From: Mobula hypostoma
Lineage: Eukaryota
Assembly: GCF_963921235.1 (NCBI RefSeq)
Contig: NC_086097.1
Span: forward strand, 192,512,001-192,576,000
Length of the DNA stretch: 64,000 nt
Direction: 5' to 3'
Below are positions 34,903-47,644 of the stretch, one piece after another. The notes beneath the pieces are model-generated. The model worked only from the letters and a program-made list of their open reading frames with translations, was not told where the DNA came from and did no database searches. Both the position numbers and the translations under genes were made by a program. Position 1 is the stretch's first letter. Every line of letters begins with the position of its first letter.

Positions 34903-35835
34903 TGTTATGTACCCCGTAACTGGGTTGCCAAACCAGCAGAAATGGATCACTCAGTTGGAGTCTGGATTACTAGAACTAAGAAAGTTTTATTAAAGAAACA
35001 AGCAACACAGTAATCGAAAGGATAATAAATGCAACAGTTCAGCAATGATAAACACACATGTGCACAGAATTAAGATAACAGCATCAATCAAGCTCTGTCG
35101 TTGTCTAGGGGTAAATGACCAATTTCAAAGTGACACAAAAGTCCAGTTCGATTTAATAGTTCAGTTCGCAGTAATCATTGCCATGGCGATGGTCAACGTG
35201 GGGGGAGGGAGAGAGAGAACGAGAATGACTGATCATTCAGACACGGCTTCCACTCACAGACCGGCGATATTGCTCATAAGCAGTTTTCGGGCGAGTCCTT
35301 TGTGATGTCACCTGAGGTCACCGACTGTGACCCCTCCTCCAGATGCGGTCGATCTTCTGCCGTGAACCCGGCACCCAAGCGAGCGTGGACACACACCGGG
35401 TTCCCACTGGCCGTACCTTTCCACCCTGTGCGTTTAAGGTCTGGTACTTCCCACCGACTCGTGAGAGGCGCACCGCTTCCAGGGTCTCGTTACCTCGGGT
35501 GTCGTGTGTGTGTCCTGCCTTAGCGAACCTGTCCCTTTTTATCCCCCTGCTGGGGTATCACCTGTCCATCACTTCAAACAGTTCAGGGTTCAAAGGGGGA
35601 GCAGCTCCAGACAGCTCTCTCTCCCGTCCCTTCATTACACATCTCCAGATCACCTGTCCATCACTTCAAACAGTTCAGTGTTCAAAGGGGGAGCCGCTCT
35701 AGACAGCTCTCTCTCCCATCCCTTCATTACACATCTCCAGATGCTGCTTCATTGTTCCTTATCTCTCCTTCCCCTGAGGACAGGTGGCAGACCAACTGCT
35801 GATCTCACAGGACATCTATGTGTATTCTCGTCACA
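34903..35835 (-). mobile_element. solo LTR (933 bp)
   Basis: TG...CA termini; 4-bp TSD gtac at 34899-34902 and 35836-35839; minus-strand TATA-like gataaaaaggg (~35533-35543) and aataaa (~34986-34991); CpG-rich relative to flanks. Confidence 0.78.
35557..35740. repeat. 92-bp tandem duplication within the solo LTR
   Basis: Units 35557-35648 and 35649-35740 (atcacctgtccatcacttcaaacagttcag...acacatctccag) with only a few differences. Confidence 0.9.
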
Positions 35836-35861
35836 GTACATACCACCACCATGCTATTTTT

Positions 35862-38137
35862 TTATATATATAATTTTTATTAAATTTTCAAAAAGAATAC
35901 ATGAAAAGATAAAATCTACCCCCCCTCCCCTTAACCCTCCCCCCCCCATATATAGTCCTAACTAAAAGAAAGAAAGAAAAAAAAAGAGCCGCCTGGGTAT
36001 TGGAAGGTTTCCACATGCTCCATGGGATTCAAAATAAATTTGGTATAATTATTCGTTACTTTCCCCAAGTAACCAAATTCTTTGTCGGAGCACTTAAATA
36101 TGACATCCTATCTTTTGTAAATAAGGGCGCCAAATATTCAAGAATGTTACATAATTATCTCTTAAATTATAAGTAATTTTTTCAAGTGGAATAGAACTAG
36201 CCATTTCATTATTCCAACGATCCATACTTAAATACGAATCAGATTTCCAAGTAACTGCTATAGTCTTCTTAGCTACTGCCAATGCAATTTTTATAAATTC
36301 TTTCCGATATTTATTCAATTTAAGTTTCGGTTTTATCCCTTCAATATCACCTAATAGAAATAATACAGGGTTATGTGGAAGTTGAATTCCAGTAATTTGT
36401 TCCAATAAGATTCTTAAATTTATCCAAAAAGGTTGAATTTTAAAACAAGACCAAGTAGAATGTAAAAAAGTACCAATTTCTTGATTACACCGAAAACATT
36501 TATCAGATAGATTTGAGTTTAATCTATTTATTTTTTGTGGTGTAATATATAATTGGTGTAAAAAATTATATTGTACTAATCTAAGTCGAACATTTATTGT
36601 ATTTGTCATACTGTCCAGACAAAGTCTTGACCAATTTATTTCATCAATATTAATATTCAGATCTGTTTCCCATTTTTGCTTTGACTTATGGGTTCCTTGT
36701 TTAATTGTCTGTTCTTGAATCAAATTATACATACAAGAAACAAATTTTTTAATTTTTCCTTTTTGAATTAAAATTTCAATTTCATTAGCTTTTGGCAAAA
36801 ACATTGTTTGACCCAGCTTACCTATCAAGTAAGCCCTTAACTGAAAATAACAAAAGAAAGTATTATTAGATATTTTATATTTATTCTTTAATTGTTCAAA
36901 TGACATCAATATACCTCGCTCAAAACAATCTCCTATAAATTTAATCCCTTTTTGGTACCAATTATATAAAAGTTGATTGTCCATTGTAAAAGGAATAAGT
37001 CTGTTTTGAAACAAAGGTCTCCTTGCTAATAGAGATTTCTGTGTTTCCTTATCAACATTTATCTTATTCCATAGATCAATCAAGTGTGTTAATATAGGAG
37101 ATTCTTTCTTTTCCCGTATCCATTTAGATTCCCATTTATATATAAAATCTTCAGGTTTATTTTCTCCTATCTTGTCTAATTCTATTTTAATCCATGCTGG
37201 TTTTTGATCATCGAAAAAAGATGCAATAATCTAAGTTGATTTGCTTTATAGTTTTTAAAGTTTGGAAGTTGTAACCCTCCTAACCTAAATTTACATGTCA
37301 GTTTTTCCAATGATATTCTTGACATTTTACCTTTCCAAAGAAATTTTCTCACAGATTTATTTAACTCTTGAAAAAATTTCTGTGGCAATTGTATTGGTAA
37401 TGTTTGAAACAAATACTGTAATCTTGGAAATATATTCATTTTTACAACATTGACTCTACCTACTAATGTTATTGGTAGTATCATCCATTTGTCAAGATCT
37501 TCTTGAATTTTTTTCAATAGTGGTAAATAATTAAATTTATATAAATTCTTTACATCACTATCAAGTCTTATACCTAAATACTTTATACCATTTACCGGCC
37601 ATCTAAATTGGGTTACTAATCGACATTGACTATAGTCTCCTTTAGTAAGAGATAAAATTTCACTTTTATCCCAGTTTATTTTGTAACCTGATACCTTCCC
37701 ATATTCATCCAATCTAGAAGATAATTTATGTAACGAATGTTGTGGGTTTGTTAAATAGATCAAAACATCATCGGCAAAAAGATTAATTTTATATTCCTCT
37801 TGGTTAACTCTAAAACCCATAATATCTGGATCCAATCTAATTAGTTCTGCTAATGGCTCTATCGCCAATACAAATAGAGCAGGTGATAATGGACAACCTT
37901 GTCTAGTTGACCTTTTTAGCTGGAATGGTGTTGAAATTTGAGAGTTTGTCACTACTTTAGCTTTAGGGTTAGAATTTAAAGTTTTAATCCAATTTATAAA
38001 AGATGTTCCTAACCCATATTTTTGTAATACTTTAAATAAAAAATCCCATTCTAATCTATCAAATGCTTTTTCTGCATCCAAAGCTACTACTATACTCTTC
38101 TCATCCCTTTTTTGTGCCAAATGAATTATACTGAGTA
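35862..38137 (-). mobile_element. young L1-clade LINE, 5'-truncated
   Basis: ORFs 37182-38120 (ALDAEKAFDRLEW, RQGCPLSP, LFADDVLIY, KYLG) and 36094-37083 (zinc knuckle CFRC..GTFLHSTWSC); G-rich 3'UTR and A-rich tail; 15-bp TSD caccatgctattttt at 35847-35861 and 38138-38152; TT/AAAA-type target. Confidence 0.93.
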
Positions 38138-38860
38138 CACCATGCTATTTTTAAATAATTTTGGACAACTTGGCATTTGGATGTATGCACATGTTTAGTC
38201 GACTAAAAACAGGTAAAATCAATTTCTCTCCAAAAAGTAGTTAAGTAAATTGGAAAACTATAGATTTTCAGTTTTCATTTATAGTCTGTGAAAATTCTGA
38301 GTTTGTAATTAAAGCAATTACTGTAATTAAAATAATTTAATTGGAAAATATATTTTAAATATTAGTGTCAAAAATTCATTACCAGTTATAATTTGCAGAG
38401 ATTTCATGTAAATATATCTAGTCTTTTAATTTGATAGCTGATAGCTGACACATTCATCAAATCAGCTATGTATTACTTTTGCTAACAAATTATCGAAGTT
38501 GGCAAATATGTGGGATTAGGAAAATTGTGTGACAGAAAGAAAATGATGAAACCTTCCAAAATTAGTTCAACGAGGATTGAGAATATTTTTGTCAATGAAA
38601 ATGAAGCAGTGCCCAGCATATTATAACATTTGTAATATTGTTTGATAGCAATCCAGTAAAAATTTAGCATGCATTTTTAGATATTTGTATAATTTAATCC
38701 AAAGCCAATTGCTTGATGCATTCCCCCAAGTGGCTTATTAATATCTTGTCTTATATTAATAAGTAATCTTCTACTTACAAATATTATTTGTAATTATTTC
38801 CATTCATTAATTTTCAATAACACATTCTGGGAATATTCCCAGATAGTTAGGGCAAATTTA

Positions 38861-41659
38861 GAATGGAAATAATTACAAATAATATTTGTAAGTAGAAGAT
38901 TACTTATTAATATAAGACAAGATATTAATAAGCCACTTGGGGGAATGCATCAAGCAATTGGCTTTGGATTAAATTATACAAATATCTAAAATGCATGCTA
39001 AATTTTTACTGGATTGCTATCAAACAATATTACAAATGTTATAATATGCTGGGCACTGCTTCATTTTCATTGACAAAAATATTCTCAATCCTCGTTGAAC
39101 TAATTTTGGAAGGTTTCATCATTTTTTCTTTCTGTCACACAATTTTCCTAATCCCATATTTGCCAACTTAGATAATTTGTTAGCAAAAGTAATACATAGC
39201 TGATTTGATGAATGTGTCAGCTATCAGCTATCAAATTAAAAGACTAGATATATTTACATGAAATCTCTGCAAATTATAACTGGTAATGAATTTTTGACAC
39301 TAATATTTAAAATATATTTTCCAATTAAATTATTTTAATTACAGTAATTGCTTTAATTACAAACTCAGAAGTTTCACAGACTTTATAAATGAAAACTGAA
39401 AATCTATAGTTTCCAATTTACTTAACTACTTTTTGGAGAGAAATTGATTTTACCTGTTTTAAGTCAAAGTAAACATGTGCATACATCCAAATGCCAAGTT
39501 GTCCAAAATTATTTAAAAATAGCATGGTGTACTCAGTATAATTCATTTGGCACAAAAAATGAAGAAGAGTATAGTAGTAGCTTTCAAAATGCAGAAAAAG
39601 CATTTGATAGATTAGAATGGGATTTTTTATTTAAAGTATTAGAAAAATATGGGTTAGGAACATCTTTTATAAATTGGATTAAAACTTTAAATTCTAACCC
39701 TAAAGCTAAAGTAGTGACAAACTCTCAAATTTCAACACCATTCCCACTAAAAAATCAACTAGACAAGGTTGTCCATTATCACCTGCTCTATTTGTATTGG
39801 CGATAGAGCCATTAGCAGAACTAATTAGATTGGATCCAGATATTATGGGTTTTAGAGTTAACCAAGAGGAATATAAAATTAATCTTTTTGCCTGATGATG
39901 TTTTAAATCTGTTAACAAACCCACAACATTCGTTACATAAATTATCTTCTAGATTGGATGAATATGGGAAGGTATCAGGTTACAAAATAAACTGGGATAA
40001 AAGTGAAATTTTATCTCTTACTAAAAAGGAGACTATAGTCAATGTCGATTAGTAACCCAATTTAGATGGCCGGTAAATGGTATAAAGTATTTAGGTATAA
40101 GACTTGATAGTGATAGTAAAGAATTTATATAAATTTAATTATTTACCACTATTGAAAAAAATTCAAGAAGATCTTGACAAGTGATAATACTAAACCATAG
40201 TAGGTAGATTTGTAAAATGAATCTTTCATTACAGGGTTTAAACATTAAATAAATTGACAGAAATGTTTTTCAAGAGTTAAATAAACTGTAAAATTATTTG
40301 GAGGAAAATGTAACTGTATTTAAAAACTTGACATAAATTTAGGTTAGGAGTACAATCCAAACTTTCTATAAAGCAAATACAGATTATTATCTTTTTTCAA
40401 TGATAATAAAAGACTTAAATGATTGGACAAATAGGGAAAATAAATAAATTTTATAAATAAATAGGAACTGAATAAATTCAAGGAAAAGAAAGAATCTCAT
40501 ACTAACAACTCAATAAATAGGATAAATATTTCATGAAATCTATAGAATACCTTTTGTTTCAAAACAGATTACTTTACAATCTGGATTTTTTATAATTGAA
40601 AAAAGGATAAATTTAAGAAAGATTGTTTTGAGCGAGGTATATTGATGTCATTTGAACAATTAAAGAATAAATATAAAATATCTAATAATACTTTCTTTTG
40701 TTATTTTCAGTTAAGGGCTTACTTGATAGGTAAGCTAGGTCAAACAATGTTTTTGCCAAAAGACTAATGAAATTGAAATTTTAATTCAAAAAGGAAAAAT
40801 TAAAAAAAATTTGTTTCTTGTATGTATAATTTGATTCAAGAACAGACAATTAAACAAGGAACCCGTAAGTCAAAGCAATTAAGAATCTGAATATTAATAT
40901 TGATGAAATAGAATTGGTAAAACTTTGTCTGGACAGTATAACAAATACAATAAATGTTCAACTTAATTAGTACAATATAATTTTTTACACCAATTATATA
41001 TTACACCACAAAAAATAGATTAAACTCAAATCTATCTGATAAATGTTTTCGGTGTAATCAAGAAATTGGTACTTTTTTTACATTCTACTTGGTCTTGTTT
41101 TAAAATTCAACCTTTTTGGATAAATTTAGAATCTTATTGGAACAAATTACTGGAATTCAACTTCCACCAGTAACCTTCTATTATTTCTATTAGGTGATAT
41201 TGAAGGGATAAAACCGAAACTTAAATTGAATAAATATCGGAAAGAATTTATAAAAATTGCATTGGCAGTAGCTAAGAAGACTATAGCAGTTACTTGGAGA
41301 AATTAGATTTATTTAAGTATGGATCGTTGGAATAATGAAATGGCTAGTTCTATTCCCCACTTGAAAAAATTACTTATAATTTAAGAGATAATTATGTAAC
41401 ATTCTTGAATGTTTGGCACCCTTATTTACAAAAAAGATAGGATGTCATATTTAAGTGCTCCGACAAAGAATTTGGTTACTTGGGGAAAGTAACGAATAAT
41501 TATACCAAATTTATTTTGAAATCCCATGGAGCATGTGGAAACCTATTCCAATACCAGGCGGCTCTTTTTTCTCTTTCTTTTTTAGAATTAGGACTATATA
41601 TATGGGGGGGGGGGAGGGTTAAGTGGGAGGGGGGGTAGATTTTATCTTTTCATGTATTT
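38861..41659 (+). repeat. inverted duplicate of 35896-38805 (unique DNA + L1), indel-rich; probable assembly artefact
   Basis: Direct reverse-complement match, e.g. taattatttccattc (38791-38805) vs gaatggaaataatta (38861-38875); many homopolymer indels; ends at the N gap. Confidence 0.9.
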
Positions 41660-41859
41660 NNNNNNNNNNNNNNNNNNNNNNNNNNNNNNNNNNNNNNNNN
41701 NNNNNNNNNNNNNNNNNNNNNNNNNNNNNNNNNNNNNNNNNNNNNNNNNNNNNNNNNNNNNNNNNNNNNNNNNNNNNNNNNNNNNNNNNNNNNNNNNNNN
41801 NNNNNNNNNNNNNNNNNNNNNNNNNNNNNNNNNNNNNNNNNNNNNNNNNNNNNNNNNNN
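41660..41859. other. assembly gap (200 N)
   Basis: Run of N; fixed-size scaffold gap. Confidence 0.99.
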
Positions 41860-42149
41860 ATTTAGAATGGGGCAGATTTTGAAGTCAAAGTGAGAGTTCA
41901 AGTAGTAAATTTTAAATTTACTCATAATCAACAACAGTCCAGGTAATGAGAATAAAAATCTCATAATGAAATGTAGTGGCTGGTTGCAAATTTGGCTCAA
42001 TGCCATTTCCCAGGAGAAATACGAGTTTAGCAACTATCTGTCACATGTAATCAATACATTAAGCTTATTGTTGTACAATTTTAACAAGGACTAAAGCTGT
42101 AAATACAAAAAAGAATGAGTTTTACCAAACTTTTCCTTTCTTTATATTT

Positions 42150-42300
42150 TCTGTAAGAGAAAGAGTGAATGTTCCAGGTCTGAGACTGTACAACCATGTA
42201 CAGTCCGGACTTGAAACATTAAGTATTTTTCTTTCTACAAAAGCTGCTTAATCTGTTGAGTGCTAGCAACATTTTCTGTTCTTGTTTCAGATTTTTTGAA
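42150..42300. mobile_element. decayed Penelope pLTR-like fold-back remnant
   Basis: Hairpin 42168-42220 (aatgttccaggtc..gactgtaca-acca-tgtacagtc..gacttgaaacatt) followed by gctgcttaatctgttgagtgctagcaacattttctg, resembling pLTR 3' ends. Confidence 0.45.
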
Positions 42301-42504
42301 TTTGCATATTTATTTATTTTCATTAAAATGTGATTACTGAAAAGGGATCATAATATGAAGGGAATTATTTCATTGCAAACTTTCTTCATGTAGCTTTGAG
42401 GAAGAAAAAGAAGATATCTCTGGTCAGTATCCTAGAAGGGGAGAATATACTTGAGTGGAGTAACTGTCCTTAAGTGATAAGTTTCAATGTGGCATTTCTC
42501 AGTA

Positions 42505-43200
42505 TAACCATGTATCAATTACAACACAGAAACAGGCCATCTTGGCCCTTCTAGTCCGTGCCGAACTCTTACTCTCACCTAGTCCCACCGACCTGCACTC
42601 AGCCCATAACCGTCCATTCATTTCCTGTCCATATAGCTATCCAATTTAACTTTAAATGACAACATTGAACCTGCCTCAACCACTTCTGCTGCAAGCTCGT
42701 TCCACACAGTTACCACTCTCTGAGTAAAGAAGTTTCAAGATTCAAAGATTCAAGATTAAAAAAACTTTATTGTCATTCTAACCATACATCAGCTCTACAG
42801 GGCAGAATGAGACAGCGTTCCTCAGGGGCAGTGCAATCAAAACATAACAAACGCAACACTAAATAATAAACATAACAATAAATAGTAAAACACAACATGT
42901 TTTTGTTTAGGGGTAACCCTCTCATGTTATCCCTAAACTTTTGCCCTTTAACTCTCAACTCATGTTCTCTTGTTTGAATCTCCCCCACTCCCAATGGAGA
43001 AAGCCTATCCACGTCAACTCTATCTATACCCTTCATAATTTTAAATACCTCTATCAAGTCCCCCCTCAACCTTCTACGCTCCGAAGAGTAAAGACCCAAC
43101 TTGTTCAACCTTTCTCTGTAACTTAGGAGATGAAACCCAGGTAACATTCTGGTAAATCTTCCCTGTACTCTCTCAATTTTTTTTGACATCTTTCCTATAA
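42505..43200 (-). mobile_element. CR1 3' fragment with a ~160-bp LINE-tail insertion (42735-42897)
   Basis: KIERVQGRFTRMLPG...LGLYSSERRRLRGDLIEV; same subfamily as 28490-29078; the insert carries (ttcaaga)n. Confidence 0.85.
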
Positions 43201-44759
43201 ATGTAAACAGTCAATGAAAGAATTGTGCAAAACCTCAAAAACATATGCAAAATGAAATGACTAGTTTGGTTACTCTCCCCTTGACCACCCCTTATCGAAT
43301 CCCACTTCTAAACCATATGGTAATGCTTAAATAAACTCTTGACATTTAATTTCATTCTCACTCTTTCTTAGTATTCTTAAATGTTGACGTTTCAATTGAA
43401 GTTATGCATTCCTTATGACACTTATTTGATAAATTTTAGCAAAACATTTGTTTATCTGGTCAATTTAGTGTAGATAAATCCAAACTATTATTTTTCAGTA
43501 CTATTTGTTAATTCCACTCAAATTTATTTCATTCTTAAACAGAAGAAATGAAAATTTTCCGAATGCTTAAATGTCTGGAACTCTGCAAAGATGCACATAT
43601 CATCCATTAGCTATGAATTGAAAGTGTGTTATTTTAACTCCCAAGTAAGATACTAGAACCAGTCAAATTAATTAATGCCATCTAATGAATTACCTATTTT
43701 GAGAAAAAATGTCCTTGAAAAACTAAAGGAAAAGGATTTCAATTTTCAGATTGAAAATCTGAAGAAGCTGTAGAATTCAGTGGCTGCACTGAGGGAGTGT
43801 AATTTGAGAGAACATATGGTGAAAAATAACAGAAAAAGAGTGGGTTGAATGAAAGGTGTTGGTAACAGCTAAAGGAAAAAATAGAGCAGGCGGGGGGAGA
43901 GAGAGAGAGAGAAAGAAATAAAAAAAGTACTTTGGGAAATCCCTGAATTATAAGCAACTAATGCAGTACAGATTGGATGTTCAGAGATTAAAAAGCAAGC
44001 TTCTCATCGTCATGCATTTTGAGGTTTATATGACATATTCAGTCAAAGGATTTGGACCTATTCAAGATGATAACAAATTGATTCAAAATATTCTTATATA
44101 AAATATAGGCAAAATTAAAACTAATTTGATGACCTGTACTACAGATCATAGATGATGCTTGAGTCTTAAAGGTTAAGTATGTATACAAGATATTTGCAGT
44201 ATCTACATGCATAGAAAAAAAGAACAGATGAAAAGGCAATTGGATAACGAGTAAGAGCAGTCAATATGGGGCATTTTCAGACTCACAGATGGAGTGTACG
44301 AAAGGATGGAACAGTACTATGAAATAAATTCAAATATGTACGTGTTGACTGAGGACAGGACAAAATAAATCTCATGTTAGTGTAGAACCAGACTTCTCCC
44401 AATCCTTCTTACTTTCAAAGTTAAATTTTAAAATTTATAAAACCTTTCACAGTAATGTTTCATTAAAAATTTGTGTTATACTTCTATAAACACTATCTCT
44501 GCATGCACCGCTATTTCAAATCAATTAAATTGCAAATTGCTTAACCTACATTCGAAAATACTTACACAATTCCGCTCTCAAATCCTGTGTACCTAACTCA
44601 GATGTTTAGGACCAATTCTACATTCTGCACACTGTTTCTATAGTAATGATAGTTCATACATCCTGTCAGGTTTATCTTATTGTCCTGCAGATAAAAGCTG
44701 TTTAATATCAGATAGGCCACACGATTTACATTCAGCAGGCATTTAGAAATTTAAGTGCT

Positions 44760-45190
44760 ATGCTAGTATTTATTGTAAAATAATTTGAATATTAGAGGTG
44801 GCTTGCCCCAATTATGTAAGACCATGATTGGACTGCATCCAGAATACTTGGTACCAATTTGGTCATCTAACCTAAGAAATGATATACATTAAATAGAAGC
44901 AAAGCATTGGTTCACTAGACTAATTCCTCATACAGTGGAATGCTTGTATGAAGAGGGATCAGTCCATTATGCTCTTGAATTTATATGAATTTGAGTTGTT
45001 TTGATTGAAACCTACAAAGATGTGGTGATGCTGCTTCACTTGGCTGGTATATTTTGAACAAGTCCAAGGGGATTGAGATTGAAGAAATTTCTTCGCTTAG
45101 AGTGGTGAATCTTTGGACTTCTCCGATTTGAAGGGCAGTGGAGGTTTAGTGACTGACAATATTTAAGACAGAGTTTGGCAGATTGACCTG
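44760..45190 (+). mobile_element. very old CR1 3' remnant
   Basis: Decayed RPHLEYCVQFWSP.LRKDI region (gactgcatccagaatacttggtaccaatttggtcatctaacctaagaaatgatata). Confidence 0.5.
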
Positions 45191-47644
45191 GGTGTTGGAC
45201 TGGAGGATCTGCACCAATACTTAATTCCCAATTAAATACTTTTTTCAACTCTTGGTTTGTCATTAGGGACAAATGGGGATCTGATAAATTATTTCATTTC
45301 TATTCAATGTTTTGATCAATTTCAGAGAATCATTTTCAATTCATGAATAAATTGCAAACAAGTAATAATTTAATTTTAGTTCTTTGCCTTTGCTAAATTT
45401 AGGAAAAAGTTTTTATTTAATCACAAGTGCTAATCATGTATGTGCAAGAACAATAGCCGCTGATAAGTCAACTCCATACCATGATCTTGGGACTAAACTT
45501 TCAGGACTTGAATATAACTGGCAGTTAATTTTCCCATCTAAGTTTAGCATGGCCAAAGTGAATTTATTCCCAAGGTCTAGACTTTTGTGCAATAAATTCA
45601 GAACACAGTAAATAGAAAAGTATATATTTTCAAAAGATATTTCTGAACATCTTTGACTTTGCTGATTCCTCTGAAAATACAAAATGCTTGTGGTGTTTGA
45701 CAGAGCAGATGCAGAAATTATGATTTTCTTTGCTGAATATTTGGAACTAAGTCAGGCAGTCTCAATGTAAGGATTTGCCATTCAGTACACAGGTGACAAG
45801 AACTTTTTTCACCAAGTTCGTTACTGAATATTTGAAATTCACCTTTCAGAGGAAAGGTTTATTCATTGAGAATAGTCAGGGTAGAAAAGAGTAGATCTGT
45901 GGATATTATAGGTATAAAAAGGTATGGAATGATTAGAAAGGTGCTTTTAATAGTCATAAGGAACTAAAACACTGATTGACAAACAATATCCGTCTGTGTT
46001 TTATTATTTTATATATATATCAATCCACAAGTGAGAAAGGCATATGGGCAAATTGTTAGGTAAGACTTAGGTTAGAATTTCAACACATGGTCATGTGGTA
46101 AAGGAGAAGATATGTAGAATTTGCAAATGGAGGCTTGAAGGACCTTGCATAAGTAAACAACACAAAACCAGATGGCATGAACCGATTACTGTGATCAAAT
46201 TCCCATGGCTTGCTTCCCTTGTGTAAATGCTATGTAGAGAAAAGCACTTTTGAGGAATCTAAATTCTGCTATGCATAAGTGAGCTGCATTTAACAGTGGT
46301 TGTTTATTTAAGAGAACTATTTCTGATCTACAGTCTTGGTGCTGTGTGTGAGGGCATAATAGTACTAGTAGAAGTGATGGAGAGCTGTCCATAATGCAGC
46401 CTGTCCAATTTTCCACCTGGAAATAAGTGCAATTATTCACTGCATCCAATATTCCAGAGGAACTCCCATCAAATGCTAGATGCATAAACATAAATGGTCT
46501 TAGAAATCCTGTGCCTGCTTTTGAAACCAGATTCAGGAGTACCACCTGAACTGCAACACTCATGAACTACTGGGCTCGCCAGATGAACTGTTGGGTGTGG
46601 CAAATGGTGAGCCTGCCATGCATCTGATTTTTGAGCATGGACAAACCTTTGGCTAAGACACAATATGGAGATTTGGAATGAGTGTGAAAACAATCAAAAC
46701 TCCTGTGGAGGCAAGGCAGTGCTTTCATTCCCCTGATGTCCAGGAAGTAGTTTGAATTTTATTTCCTGTCATCACTTATTTGAAATCTGGAGCAGAAGCC
46801 TGCTGCCTCCACATTTTCTATTAAAAATTTTAAAAAGTTGTCTTAATTGAACAATATGCACCAAAGCACAGATGAAGGAAGGTTTAGTATATGTTTCAGC
46901 AACTGGTGAGGACACCTGCAAGTAAGATGTCAGGTTTAGCAATGGACAATGACCTCCAACAGTTGAATTGTAGGCTCATTTCTATTTATGTACATCTGAA
47001 AATGTACTGCAATTTGCATTCAGTACTGTAGCAAAAGTAGGTTGTATAAACATGTTCATTGTTCATGGTTAGTGAAGTTTTAATGTGTTATTAGCTGAGC
47101 ATTGGGGAAGGGATTGTGCTGTAAACTGAATTCTAATTTGACAAGGTATTTCACTGGAGAATTGAGATCCTTTTAAACAGCATTTGCCAACATGCAAAAG
47201 CTCCCTACCTGTGTCAAGCCCAGAAGTAGGGGGAATTGGCTGCTAAAGGGGATCTCAGACATCCTACATTGGTACACACAAACGTCATACCACTTCCTGA
47301 ACACTACACAATGTATTAAAATTGTGTACAACTCGAAGTACATAATATAAACATAAATGTGAAAATGAACATTTTTACAACAATGCAGATAATGTTTTTC
47401 TAGGTTTGTTGCTGTCAGATACTGTGCACTAAATCATACTTAATCAAATAACATGAGTTCATTATCACACGCAGTGACAATGATATTAACTGTACTGATT
47501 TCCCATTAGCATCTTCGTGACATAGAATTTTTTCTGTCAGAAGCAGCATCTCAGCAAATTGTACATATAGTAGCTCATGGCTTACTCTTCAGTTTCTAGA
47601 AATGCATTCCTGGAGGCCTCTTAAGTTACCATACAGCAAGTAGA

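Noticed and set aside
39444..41460. Apparent second L1 insertion on the + strand
   Set aside because: Part of the inverted duplication: it shares the same truncation point and flanking DNA as 35862-38137.
41623..42033. ORFs spanning X runs
   Set aside because: Artefacts of the N gap.
45434..46693. Minus-strand ORFs of 74-122 aa in unique DNA
   Set aside because: No recognisable domain or convincing splice context; lengths are within chance expectation.
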